A DNA stretch of 64,000 nt from a virus, in the IMG/VR virus record IMGVR_UViG_3300045988_099276, positions 32,001-96,000 of that record. The stretch is one strand, 5' to 3'. The position numbers and the translations under genes were made by a program. Below the pieces are notes generated by a model. The model saw only the letters and a list, made by a program, of their open reading frames with translations, made no database searches and had not been told where the DNA came from. This document shows, one piece after another, positions 37,297 to 46,983 of the stretch (within the stretch, counting starts at the first letter, position 1; each line of letters begins with the position of its first letter).

Positions 37297-37926
37297 TTGA
37301 TGTATCCAATAGTAATTGGCATTTGCGGTAAGTCGAGTGCTGGCAAAGATTTTGTTGCCACTCGATTGGTTGAAGAGTATAAGAAAATTGGTATCCCAGC
37401 AAAAAAGGTAATCAGTTATACAACTCGTCCTCCAAGAGAGGGAGAAGTTGACGGTGTTGATTATCATTTCGTTGATTTGGAAACTTTTATTGAAATGCAA
37501 TATGATAATAAGTTTATTGAGCATACTGAGTTTCGCGGTTGGCGATATGGCACTGCAATCAATTCATTCGATGATGATTGTGTAAATATCTGCGTTCTTA
37601 ATCCTACTGGTATGTACTCTTTACATAAATACTATCGTCATACTCGTTCAATTGCGGCATGTGAATTATTTTATCTTAAAGTGCCGTTCTTTACGCGACT
37701 TAAACGTTCTATCAAACGTGAACATACTTTTAAATGGGAGTTTATCAGACGAGCGTTCGCGGACAATCATGACTTCCTAGATTATGATGAATACTTTGGA
37801 CATATGGAACATGAACATCTTCTGCCCTATTGTCATGGTCGCATAGATTTTGTATCCAAAATTATGAATAATGATAGACTGATTTATGAAATTTCAAAGC
37901 TAAAACGTAAACATTTATCCAAATAA
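37297..37926 (+). CDS. gmk: guanylate kinase-like nucleoside monophosphate kinase
   Basis: P-loop GICGKSSAGKD and Gmk signature TTRPPREGEVDGVDYHFV. Confidence 0.75.
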   Translation: MMYPIVIGICGKSSAGKDFVATRLVEEYKKIGIPAKKVISYTTRPPREGEVDGVDYHFVDLETFIEMQYDNKFIEHTEFRGWRYGTAINSFDDDCVNICVLNPTGMYSLHKYYRHTRSIAACELFYLKVPFFTRLKRSIKREHTFKWEFIRRAFADNHDFLDYDEYFGHMEHEHLLPYCHGRIDFVSKIMNNDRLIYEISKLKRKHLSK

Positions 37927-37988
37927 ACGTATGGACATAAGTTTAGAAAGTTTATTAACCAATTTTTATATAAGAGAAAGAGGATAAA

Positions 37989-38441
37989 ATGATTTTTCAA
38001 GTACGGCAAGGAGTGTTTGAAACTAATTCAAGCTCAACACATACGCTAACTATCTGCTCAAAAGATGATTTTGACAAGTGGAAAAATGGCGAAGTATTTT
38101 GGCTTGACAATGATTGGCATAAATTAGATACAGATAAGAATTTTGTTACCCCAGAAGAGCTAAAAGAGCTTGCGGAAAAGTACAATGAAGAACAACAGAA
38201 GCGCATTGACGCAGGAGATAAGTACGCTAAACTGCTTGATATTGACAAAGTTCTCAATGAGCGTCCAGATTACGATAGTTGGGACGATAGCTATTGGGAC
38301 ACTGAGCGTAGTGCGCTGGAAGCATATACAACAGATGATTTTTATGTACGTAACGATGAACTTGAAACTTATAGTGAAACTTTTACTTCTCCTTCTGGTG
38401 ACGAAATGGTAGCGTTTGGAGCGTTTGGATATGATGACTAA
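37989..38441 (+). CDS. hypothetical acidic protein
   Basis: 150-aa ORF with AGAGGA SD. Confidence 0.5.
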   Translation: MIFQVRQGVFETNSSSTHTLTICSKDDFDKWKNGEVFWLDNDWHKLDTDKNFVTPEELKELAEKYNEEQQKRIDAGDKYAKLLDIDKVLNERPDYDSWDDSYWDTERSALEAYTTDDFYVRNDELETYSETFTSPSGDEMVAFGAFGYDD

Positions 38442-40557
38442 AGATTGGAATATGACAGCCAAAGGTTTTGACCCTCGCCCTTCCAATTGTGTTTCTTACA
38501 ATAACGGTAACTATACAGTTACGTTATCTCTTGCAGACGGGACTATGATTCGATACAGTAAAGACGACAAATTGGTCCCGTCTTTTCCTGACTCTATGGA
38601 TATTAAAATTACCAACTGCTGTTCGCTGAATTGCCGTTATTGTCACGAGAAATCGATAAAGGACGGACAGCATGGAGACATCTTATCAGACAGCTTTATT
38701 GACAAGCTACATCCTTACACTCAACTAGCTTGCTTAGCGGGAGATACAACCGTTCATACTGAATACGGTGCAAAAAATATTTCTGAGCTTAAAGTTGGTG
38801 ACAAGATTTACGATTCTGAATATAAATTACGAACTGTAATTTCTATTCAAACAAAACAAGACTCTTATCTAACAATTAAAGGTAATAGAGGTTTTAATGT
38901 TCAATGTTCAAAAGACCATCCATTCTATAGCAATAATGTTAAGACATTAGCTGAAAATATAAAAGCAAAAACTCAAATTGATGTTATTTCTTCTTTTGAA
39001 GATACAACTTTTACAAAAAATGAAAAGCCAATCATCTGTTATATGAACAAGTATATTCACCATTACACAAATCCAAGATATAAAAATACACATAGCGGCT
39101 ACATAACAGATGATAACAAAGTTGTTCTGTGTCCTAATACTCCAGCAATTCCTCAGCGCATCGTTCTTAATGAAGATTTAATGTGGTTATATGGATTATA
39201 TGTGGCCGAAGGGTCTTCAAAGAGTTTTGTTTTGCATGAAAAAGAAACTGACTTTGCAAATAGAATTAAACAAATATGGAAAGACAATTTTAAATTAGAT
39301 TGTGCTATTTACTATCATCCAGAAAGACACAGCCAAGCGATAGAGCCACAATCAAAATCTATTATGGATGCTTTCTTTGTAAAATATTTACAGGCAGGTC
39401 ATGGTGCTAGAAATAAAACTCTTAGCTTCTTATATAAAGTAAACAATAAAGAGTTTATTAGAAGTGCTTTGCGTGGGTTATATGATGGTGACGGTTGTAT
39501 TAGAACAAGAAAAAGAGGCGATTCTGTTTTCTATTCTTTAAGTTTAAAAACAACCAGTAAAACCTTAGCTTATGACGTAGCTTTTCTGATTGCAAAATGG
39601 TTTGGTATTTATGCTTCTGTTTTTCACGGCATCAGTCCAGAAAGAGAAATTGAGGGTAGAACTTTACAATCATCAGATTATTATATGGTTGATATTTATG
39701 GATTGGAATCTTGCAAGAAACTTTTTCCAGATTATATTGAATGGCAAGAACTAAAAGTAATACAACATCGTAGACAGCCTATTCTAAAAGCAAAAGAAAT
39801 CGTAGAAAGCTTAGACGAACAGACTCTTTATGATATTACGTTAGACGGCGGTACGCATATTTTTCCAATAAATGGATACGTATTAACACATAATTGCGGT
39901 GGGGGCAATGTTCTAGAGCATCCCGACCTTGTACCTTTTCTAAAGAAGTGTAAGGAACTAAAGTTAGTCCCATCTATAACAGTGAACCAGATTCATTTTA
40001 TGCAACAGCATAAGTTTCTCAAGCAGTTGACAGATGAAAAGCTAATCTATGGTCTTGGTATCTCTTTCCATCACCCTGATAAGAACTTCCTGCTTATGCT
40101 CCGCAGCTTTCCTAATGCGGTCATTCATACAATCGCAGGTATCACCAAGGAAAGAAATTATGAGTTCCTTGCCGACAACGGTTTAAAGATTCTTATTCTT
40201 GGATATAAGAAATTCGGTCGTGGAATTCAAGCCTACCAAGAGTCTCATCAGCATATTGATTACAGTATCATGAATCTCAAACACCTTTTGCCGTATATGG
40301 TCAAAGAAAAGTGGTTTGACAGCATTTCATTTGATAATCTTGCGCTAGAGCAGCTTGACGTAAAGAACCTTATGCCGCAAGATAAGTGGGATATGTTCTA
40401 TATGGGCGATGAAGGTAGTTCCACGATGTATGTTGATATGGTCAATCGAGAGTTTGCGGCGAATTCTACGTCTGAAACTCGTTATCCTCTTTTGGACAAT
40501 GTAGAAGATATGTTGAATGTAATTCACCAAGAGAAGAAGGGAAAAGATATTGACTAA
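38431..40557 (+). CDS. radical SAM protein interrupted by an intein
   Basis: Cluster motif CSLNCRYC (CxxxCxxC) in the N-extein; CGGGNVLEHPD (GGE-like SAM motif) at the start of the C-extein. The ATG at 38431 overlaps the upstream stop. Confidence 0.8.
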   Translation: MMTKDWNMTAKGFDPRPSNCVSYNNGNYTVTLSLADGTMIRYSKDDKLVPSFPDSMDIKITNCCSLNCRYCHEKSIKDGQHGDILSDSFIDKLHPYTQLACLAGDTTVHTEYGAKNISELKVGDKIYDSEYKLRTVISIQTKQDSYLTIKGNRGFNVQCSKDHPFYSNNVKTLAENIKAKTQIDVISSFEDTTFTKNEKPIICYMNKYIHHYTNPRYKNTHSGYITDDNKVVLCPNTPAIPQRIVLNEDLMWLYGLYVAEGSSKSFVLHEKETDFANRIKQIWKDNFKLDCAIYYHPERHSQAIEPQSKSIMDAFFVKYLQAGHGARNKTLSFLYKVNNKEFIRSALRGLYDGDGCIRTRKRGDSVFYSLSLKTTSKTLAYDVAFLIAKWFGIYASVFHGISPEREIEGRTLQSSDYYMVDIYGLESCKKLFPDYIEWQELKVIQHRRQPILKAKEIVESLDEQTLYDITLDGGTHIFPINGYVLTHNCGGGNVLEHPDLVPFLKKCKELKLVPSITVNQIHFMQQHKFLKQLTDEKLIYGLGISFHHPDKNFLLMLRSFPNAVIHTIAGITKERNYEFLADNGLKILILGYKKFGRGIQAYQESHQHIDYSIMNLKHLLPYMVKEKWFDSISFDNLALEQLDVKNLMPQDKWDMFYMGDEGSSTMYVDMVNREFAANSTSETRYPLLDNVEDMLNVIHQEKKGKDID
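38731..39894 (+). mobile_element. intein (388 aa) with LAGLIDADG homing endonuclease domain
   Basis: Block A CLAGDTTVHT; block B SKDHPF; LAGLIDADG motifs LYGLYVAEGS and LRGLYDGDGCI; terminal block INGYVLTHN followed by the +1 Cys (TGC at 39895). Confidence 0.9.
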
Positions 40558-42730
40558 ATATATTACAAAACGAAATGGAAATAAAGTAGAATTCGATATT
40601 TCTAAGATTGAAAATGCGGTATTTCGTGCGGCATGTGATGTTTCTGGTACTCTTGGATGGACACTGACGTTTTGCCATGAGGTTGCGAAAGATATTGCAC
40701 ATGACTTTGAAAAAGCTGAATATTATCATGACGGCATGACAGTCGAAGAAATTCAGGACGCTGTTGAAGAACTGCTCATGGGCGATTTTCCGCATGTTGC
40801 AAAATCATATATGATTTATCGTTATGAACATCAGATTGCACGTCAAGAAAATTTTGAAGACGAATTACAGAAAATTGTAAATAATGATACTTCGAGTGCA
40901 TATGCTTACGAAAATAGCAATAAAGATTTTACATCTGTGGCTATTCAGAGAGATTATATCGCTGGTATGATGTCAACAAAACTAGCTTTGAAATACGTTT
41001 TTCCAGATGACGTTGTGCAAGCTCATAAAGAGGGCTATTTATATATTCATGATTTAGATTATTCATTCCAGCACACTTTAAATAATTGCGGATTATTAAA
41101 TCTTGAAGATATGCTAAACAATGGTACTGTAATTAGTGGAGTTAAAATTGAAAAACCACACTCTCTTTTAACTGCTACCACTATTGCAACTCAAATTATG
41201 ATGCAAGTAGCAAATTTTCAGTTTGGCGGCCAAACAATTAATTTGGGTCATTTAGCTCCATTTGTAAGAGTCTCTTATGAAAAGTATTTAAAGAAATACA
41301 AAGATTATGGTTTAGATGAAAATCAAGCAAAATCTTTTGCAGAAAAGGATACCAAGAAAGAGATTAAAGATAGTATCCAATGTCTTAATTATCAACTAAG
41401 TACATTGTTCAGCGCTGGGTCAGGTCAAACTCCATTCGCCTCCGTGTTCATTTACCTGAACGATAATCCTGAATATACAAAAGAGCTTATTGCACTAACA
41501 GAAGAGTTACTTGAACAGAGACTTCTTGGTATGCCTAATGAAGATGGTGTGCGCATAACTCAGGCATTCCCCAAGATTCTGTATTGTTTAGATGAAGATA
41601 ATTATAAGCCTGGTACAAAATATTGGTGGCTTACAGCAAAAGCAGCCAACTGTTCTATTCATCGCCTTGTCCCAGATTTTATTTCAGTAAAAAAGAGCAA
41701 GGAGCTAAAAGAAGGCTATGTTGTACCTAATATGGGTTGTCGTTCATTCCTCGCTCCTTGGTACGATGAAAACGGTAAAGCAAAATTCTGGGGACGTTGG
41801 AATCTTGGCGTTTGTTCACTAAACCCACTTCTAATGGCTTACGATAGTAACAAGGACGAAGATAAGTTTTTTGAGATTTTAAGGGATAAAGCAGAATTAG
41901 CGAAGAAAAGTCTTGAAGTACGAGCAAAACGTCTAGCCAATACAAAATCAGATGTAGCTCCTATCCTTTGGCAACATGGAGTCTATGCGCGTTTAAAGCC
42001 AGGCGAGACATTAAAAGAAATGGTTTACAATGGTTATTGCTCTGCTTCTTTAGGCTTTATCGGCTTAGCAGAGGTAACACAATATATGAAAGGCGTTAGT
42101 ATTGCAACGCCAGAAGGCGAAGCATTTGCAACAAAAATTATGAGTTTCTTGAGTGATTTATGCGCCAAATGGAAAGAAGAAACCGGCATCGGATTTTCAC
42201 TTTACTCAACTCCCTCAGAAAATTACTGTGGTAAGGCTTGTCATGCTGTAAAGGCCAAATATGCAGAACAATTTAAATCTGATTTTGGGGAAACAAAAGA
42301 TTATTTAGAGAACTCTTATCATATTCCTTCGTGTGAAGAAATTGACCCGTTCTCAAAAATTACCATTGAAGGAAGGCTACAGGCACATAGTCTAGGCGGT
42401 TGCCTAAGCTATATTAACTGCGCAGATATTACAGCAAATCCATCTGCTATTTATAAGGTGCTTGAATGTATCTATAATAATTGTCTATATTGTGAAATCA
42501 ATGTTATTACTTCCTATTGCCATACGTGCGGACAAAAACAAACAATTCATGTCCATGAGAACGAAGATGGCAGCACTTGGTGGGAATGCGATAACTGTGG
42601 CGAAACAGACCAAAATAAAATGGATGTTGCAGCGCGTACGTGCGGTTATATCGGAACTAATTGGTGGAACAGCTCTAAGACTCAAGAAATTGCTAGAAGG
42701 TATTACAATTTAGATAATCATAAAATATAA
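40550..42730 (+). CDS. nrdD: anaerobic ribonucleoside-triphosphate reductase (class III)
   Basis: N-terminal ATP-cone (ITKRNGNKVEFDISKIENAV); C-terminal CHTCG...CDNCG zinc site; glycyl-radical motif RTCGYIG. Confidence 0.92.
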   Translation: MTKYITKRNGNKVEFDISKIENAVFRAACDVSGTLGWTLTFCHEVAKDIAHDFEKAEYYHDGMTVEEIQDAVEELLMGDFPHVAKSYMIYRYEHQIARQENFEDELQKIVNNDTSSAYAYENSNKDFTSVAIQRDYIAGMMSTKLALKYVFPDDVVQAHKEGYLYIHDLDYSFQHTLNNCGLLNLEDMLNNGTVISGVKIEKPHSLLTATTIATQIMMQVANFQFGGQTINLGHLAPFVRVSYEKYLKKYKDYGLDENQAKSFAEKDTKKEIKDSIQCLNYQLSTLFSAGSGQTPFASVFIYLNDNPEYTKELIALTEELLEQRLLGMPNEDGVRITQAFPKILYCLDEDNYKPGTKYWWLTAKAANCSIHRLVPDFISVKKSKELKEGYVVPNMGCRSFLAPWYDENGKAKFWGRWNLGVCSLNPLLMAYDSNKDEDKFFEILRDKAELAKKSLEVRAKRLANTKSDVAPILWQHGVYARLKPGETLKEMVYNGYCSASLGFIGLAEVTQYMKGVSIATPEGEAFATKIMSFLSDLCAKWKEETGIGFSLYSTPSENYCGKACHAVKAKYAEQFKSDFGETKDYLENSYHIPSCEEIDPFSKITIEGRLQAHSLGGCLSYINCADITANPSAIYKVLECIYNNCLYCEINVITSYCHTCGQKQTIHVHENEDGSTWWECDNCGETDQNKMDVAARTCGYIGTNWWNSSKTQEIARRYYNLDNHKI

Positions 42731-42741
42731 TAGAGGAAGAT

Positions 42742-43632
42742 ATGAAAAGAGCAATTCAGTATACTTACGGTCAAGAAATTGGTCCGTATCATAATAAATA
42801 TATCAAAGAAGCTGAACCAGATAAAGACCCAAAGCATCCCAATAGGAAAATTAGAAAAGCAGAATTTGAATGCGGAAATTGTGGCAAGCATTTTGTAGCA
42901 AGAATTGGTAATGTTAAGAATGGGCATACTAAATCATGTGGTTGCAAGAACTTGGAAAGTTGTATTAAAACAATTAAAGAATACAACGCTTTAAAATTAC
43001 CTCCTTGGAATCGAAAAGAATATATAAAAGGTCAAGCCATTGGAGATAATGGTGTTATATATATTCAAGAAAAAGAATCTAAGAGGCATGGTCAGCAACA
43101 AGGGATGACACGGTATGCTGAATTTAAATGCCCTATTTGCGGTAATCATTTTATTAGTATGATTGAAAACGTCAGTTTAAATAAAGTTAAATCCTGCGGA
43201 CAACATTCTTCACTAGGAGAAAATAAAATCGCAACGCTTTTACAAACAATGGGCATTTATTTTGAATCTCAAAAGTCTTTTGAAGGACTAGGTAAATATA
43301 GTAATCAGAGAAATAGATTCTTTTATTTTCCTTTCGATTTTTATATTCCAAACTTAAATCTATGTATAGAATATGATGGAATTCAACATTTCTCGTATCA
43401 TGAAAATTCAGAAGATAGTTGGAATAATAAAGAGAATTTTCAAGAGACAAGAGAACATGATGAAATTAAAAATAAATACTGTAAAGACAATGATATTTAC
43501 TTAGTTCGTATTCCATATATTGATTTTAATAAAATTGATGAAAAATACATTGAAAATATTCTATCCAATTATAGATTATACGATTATAATTATGATAATA
43601 AACGTGATATATATCAACAACTATACAAATAA
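42742..43632 (+). CDS. free-standing homing-endonuclease-like protein (Zn-ribbon repeats + DUF559/Vsr-like domain), paralog 3
   Basis: FECGNCGKHF...TKSCGC and FKCPICGNHF...VKSCG; C-terminal FPFDFYIPNLNLCIEYDGIQH...LVRIPY. Inserted between nrdD and nrdG. Confidence 0.7.
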   Translation: MKRAIQYTYGQEIGPYHNKYIKEAEPDKDPKHPNRKIRKAEFECGNCGKHFVARIGNVKNGHTKSCGCKNLESCIKTIKEYNALKLPPWNRKEYIKGQAIGDNGVIYIQEKESKRHGQQQGMTRYAEFKCPICGNHFISMIENVSLNKVKSCGQHSSLGENKIATLLQTMGIYFESQKSFEGLGKYSNQRNRFFYFPFDFYIPNLNLCIEYDGIQHFSYHENSEDSWNNKENFQETREHDEIKNKYCKDNDIYLVRIPYIDFNKIDEKYIENILSNYRLYDYNYDNKRDIYQQLYK

Positions 43633-43649
43633 AATAAGGAGTATTTTTA

Positions 43650-44174
43650 ATGAGATATTTTCAAATAAGGTCAATGGACATTAGCAACGGCATGGGCATT
43701 GGCGCCAGTGTCTTTCTATCTGGTTGTCATTTCCATTGTAAGAATTGTCACAACCAAGAGTTATGGGATTTTAATAGTGGCAATGAATATACCAATGATG
43801 CTAAGAATAAAATCTTAAAGACTATCCAACCAAAATGGGTAGAAAGATTTTCAATTCTAGGTGGAGAACCATTAGAGACAATTAACTTAAAAGAGCTATT
43901 AGCTCTTATCGAAAACATTAAGGTCTTACGTCCTGATATTAAAATTTGGATTTATACTGGATACACCTATGAACAGCTCCAAGAGAGAATTAAAAAGAAT
44001 AAAGACGATTATTATCTAGAACCTATTTTGCGATTCGCTGATGTTCTAGTAGATGGCCCATTTATCCAAGAGAAGAAAGATTTAACGCTTGCTTTTAAAG
44101 GCAGCTCTAATCAACGAGTAATTGACCTTCAAAAGACACATGCGGCAAATGATATTGTGCTTTTGGATATTTAA
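43650..44174 (+). CDS. nrdG: anaerobic RNR activating enzyme (radical SAM)
   Basis: DISNGMGIGASVFLSGCHFHCKNCHN (CxxxCxxC) and GGEPL; 174 aa. Confidence 0.88.
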   Translation: MRYFQIRSMDISNGMGIGASVFLSGCHFHCKNCHNQELWDFNSGNEYTNDAKNKILKTIQPKWVERFSILGGEPLETINLKELLALIENIKVLRPDIKIWIYTGYTYEQLQERIKKNKDDYYLEPILRFADVLVDGPFIQEKKDLTLAFKGSSNQRVIDLQKTHAANDIVLLDI

Positions 44175-44178
44175 GTAT

Positions 44179-44212
44179 GAGGGATAGATTTTGTTCTATC
44201 CCTCATTTTTTT
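44179..44212 (+). terminator. Rho-independent terminator
   Basis: GAGGGATAG/CTATCCCTC stem followed by a T-rich tail. Confidence 0.75.
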
Positions 44213-44213
44213 A

Positions 44214-44242
44214 TTGACTTTTGTAGAGCATTATGATATAAT
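44214..44242 (+). promoter_or_regulatory. sigma-A-like promoter with extended -10
   Basis: TTGACT-17 nt-TGATATAAT. Confidence 0.6.
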
Positions 44243-44273
44243 ATAATTACAAATAAAGAAGAAAGGAAAATAT

Positions 44274-44648
44274 ATGGATACAGCAGTAATTGATAATTAT
44301 GCTCTAAACAAACAAATGTACGCCAAGATTACGCCACCTTCACAGGATGAAGTAAATGCAATGTTTGTCAATGTAGGTGCATGGCTTTCAACGCATCATA
44401 AAAAACATTACTATATGCTACTTAATAATGAGCTTCATTATTATACTACCTTCAATCTTAAAAATCCAAATTACGATAAGATGATTCAAGAACTCAAAGA
44501 GTGCCTTGCGTTCCGTGGCCGTGTTCTTGATATTGAATATCAGCACGCAGAAGATACTTATCAGATTTGGATTAAAGAATATAAGACCGATAATGTCTAT
44601 ATGTTTATGCTATTTGAAGCAGAAGATTTTGTGATTGAGGTGGAATAA
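44274..44648 (+). CDS. hypothetical protein
   Basis: 124-aa ORF with AAAGGAAA SD. Confidence 0.5.
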   Translation: MDTAVIDNYALNKQMYAKITPPSQDEVNAMFVNVGAWLSTHHKKHYYMLLNNELHYYTTFNLKNPNYDKMIQELKECLAFRGRVLDIEYQHAEDTYQIWIKEYKTDNVYMFMLFEAEDFVIEVE

Positions 44649-44896
44649 TGAATAAGTTAATTATTGCTGCTTTTCCCGCAGCAGCTATTAAGTTTATGGT
44701 ACAAGGTGATACAGAGCAAGTCGATTCACAGAAGATGTGCTGGTTTCCTGAATTCGAGGAAAACTTCACGCCATACCTAGAGAAAGAATATGCTATTCAA
44801 GAAATTTATGTTCTTGGACCTAAGAGTTATATTCCAGAAGTAGTAAGTAAAATCAAGGGTCTTACGACTCTACCAGTTATCGAGGAAGGTATTTAA
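44648..44896 (+). CDS. hypothetical protein
   Basis: 82-aa ORF with a TAATG overlap. Confidence 0.5.
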   Translation: MNKLIIAAFPAAAIKFMVQGDTEQVDSQKMCWFPEFEENFTPYLEKEYAIQEIYVLGPKSYIPEVVSKIKGLTTLPVIEEGI

Positions 44897-44898
44897 TT

Positions 44899-45210
44899 AT
44901 GCGCCATTACGTTATCAAGAACACTGCCGAGTATCGTGTTGAAACGATTGAAGATGTAGTAGCTTTTCGTGAAGAGCTACAGAAGCAGGCCGCACAGGAT
45001 GGTTATTCTCTATCTGCCTTTAGCTATTCTGAGAAGCTAGTTAAGGAAAGGGGTATTGTGCTAGATTCGTTCTATGTTGTCAAAGCAGTCTTTACGGTCA
45101 ATGATGTTAAGGAACCTACTCTTCCTATCTTTGATGTAGAGCTACCTTATGCGGCAGAGTCTATGCGTTCTACTAATAACGATGATAGTGAGGATGATAT
45201 TTTTGAGTAA
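44899..45210 (+). CDS. hypothetical protein with acidic C-terminus
   Basis: 103-aa ORF. Confidence 0.5.
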   Translation: MRHYVIKNTAEYRVETIEDVVAFREELQKQAAQDGYSLSAFSYSEKLVKERGIVLDSFYVVKAVFTVNDVKEPTLPIFDVELPYAAESMRSTNNDDSEDDIFE

Positions 45211-45640
45211 TTCAGAGACTATTAAGATTCAGTATTGGCCCGGTATGCCGCGTCTAGAGGTTAATCCCAATGGCTCTTGGATTGACCTTTATACACGAGA
45301 GGATGTTACTCTTCAAGCAGGAGAATTTGCTATCATTCCTCTTGGGGTTGCAATGAAGCTCCCAGAAGGGTATGAAGCCAATTTCGTTCCTCGTTCTTCT
45401 ACCTTTAAGCGCTATAAGGTACTACAAACGAACGCTTTTTCCGTGATAGACCCAACGTATTGCGGACCCGGCGATGAATGGGGCTATCCAGTGTATGCTA
45501 CTTTTCCAGTAGTCATTCCTAAAGGCACTCGTCTTTGTCAGTTCCGTATTAACAAAGTTCAACCGCATATTATTTTTGATGAAGTTGCTTCACTTGCCGC
45601 AGAAAATCGCGGCGGCTTCGGTACGAGCAATACTGATTAA
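45194..45640 (+). CDS. dut: dUTP diphosphatase
   Basis: Motifs PRSS, VIDPTYCG, RLCQF and C-terminal NRGGFGTSN. The start is ambiguous (45182-45203). Confidence 0.8.
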   Translation: MIFLSNSETIKIQYWPGMPRLEVNPNGSWIDLYTREDVTLQAGEFAIIPLGVAMKLPEGYEANFVPRSSTFKRYKVLQTNAFSVIDPTYCGPGDEWGYPVYATFPVVIPKGTRLCQFRINKVQPHIIFDEVASLAAENRGGFGTSNTD

Positions 45641-45649
45641 GGAGCGGAT

Positions 45650-46483
45650 ATGGATAAGATAATTGAATCTACTATTAAAAAGCTAGAGACAGTTGCCATT
45701 GACCCGCATCTCACACTTAATCCTACTCTTGGTGTTATCTATCGAGCGGATGATGCAGCCGCAGGCTCGTATCTCCGCTCCATTACGCGCAATGCTGAGA
45801 AATATAAATCAACTACAATTTCAGCTCAATGCGATACAATTCAAGACGCAAGTCTACAAATTCGCAGATGGACACAAGACCCTAGTATCAATGGAATTAT
45901 TCTTATCTCAGATTATGGTGAAGCGACTCAATCATTATATAATCTGATTCCAATGCGACTTGATATTGATGGTCTTTCCAATAAATCTGCGGCGCATCTA
46001 TATGGTAGTAAAGACCCTATCGCATATCGTAAGGCTCCATGCACTGCCGTTGCATGTCTAAAAATTATTCAAACGCTTTACAATAATGACCTTGCAGGTC
46101 TTAATGTCGCCGTTGTTGGTCGGTCTATGCGAGTTGGGCGACCGCTTGCAGAGCTGCTTTTACAACAAGATTGCACCGTAACACTTTATCATACCAAGAG
46201 TAAGAAAACCAATTTCAGCGATAAAGACATACTTGTTTCTGCTATTGGACAGTCTAACTATTTTTCTTCTTCAAACGTTGATGCGAAAGATTTGAATATC
46301 ATTGACGTTGGAATCAACCATGATGAACAAGGACATATTTGCGGCGATGTTGATTATGATAGTGTTAAATACTTGGCTGACTATATCACGCCAGTTCCCA
46401 ATGGCGTAGGTGCTGTTACGAATACTGTGCTATTTGCCAAGCTATATGCAAACAAACTTGACTTCACAGGGATTGATGTTTAA
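45650..46483 (+). CDS. folD: bifunctional methylene-THF dehydrogenase / methenyl-THF cyclohydrolase FolD
   Basis: PCTAVACLKII, VVGRSMRVGRPLAELLL, TVTLYHTKS and PVPNGVGAVT match FolD hallmarks. Confidence 0.82.
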   Translation: MDKIIESTIKKLETVAIDPHLTLNPTLGVIYRADDAAAGSYLRSITRNAEKYKSTTISAQCDTIQDASLQIRRWTQDPSINGIILISDYGEATQSLYNLIPMRLDIDGLSNKSAAHLYGSKDPIAYRKAPCTAVACLKIIQTLYNNDLAGLNVAVVGRSMRVGRPLAELLLQQDCTVTLYHTKSKKTNFSDKDILVSAIGQSNYFSSSNVDAKDLNIIDVGINHDEQGHICGDVDYDSVKYLADYITPVPNGVGAVTNTVLFAKLYANKLDFTGIDV

Positions 46484-46977
46484 TGCGTCTCTTGGCATTA
46501 GACCAAGCTAGTAGAGTTACAGGAGTTGCTATTTTTGATGATGATAAGTTAGTCAAATACGGCACTTTTGAAATTAAGTCAAACCAAGAGCTAGGTAAAA
46601 GATTAACACAGTTTCTTGAGAATCTAGATAAGCTATCTGCGGCATATCATTTTGATGCTGTTGCCTATGAAGATATTCAATTACAAATGGGCAATGTTGA
46701 GACGTACAAGAAATTAGCATATATTCAAGCTATGATTCTCTTTTGGTGTGAGAAACATGAAAAGAATCTATATTGTCTTTCTCCATCGCATTGGCGAAAA
46801 ATCTTAAAAGATAAGTATGGTATGTCATTGGGTAGAAAGAGAGCAGAACAAAAACAAACTGCAATTGATTTTATCCAAGAGCACTACAAAAAAGAAGTAG
46901 ATAGCGATACTGCTGACGCTATTTGTATCGGGTGTGCGGCCAATATTGAAATCAACAAAAACGAATCGGCTTTCTAA
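46483..46977 (+). CDS. ruvC: RuvC-like Holliday junction resolvase
   Basis: MRLLALDQASRVTGVAIF (catalytic Asp), AYEDIQ, and C-terminal DTADAICIG. Confidence 0.78.
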   Translation: MRLLALDQASRVTGVAIFDDDKLVKYGTFEIKSNQELGKRLTQFLENLDKLSAAYHFDAVAYEDIQLQMGNVETYKKLAYIQAMILFWCEKHEKNLYCLSPSHWRKILKDKYGMSLGRKRAEQKQTAIDFIQEHYKKEVDSDTADAICIGCAANIEINKNESAF

Positions 46978-46983
46978 AGCCAT

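Noticed and set aside
39896-39905. GGTGGGGGC run at the intein/C-extein junction considered as another slippage tract
   Set aside because: It has only 5 consecutive G and encodes the conserved GGG of the radical SAM motif. That is too short for appreciable slippage.
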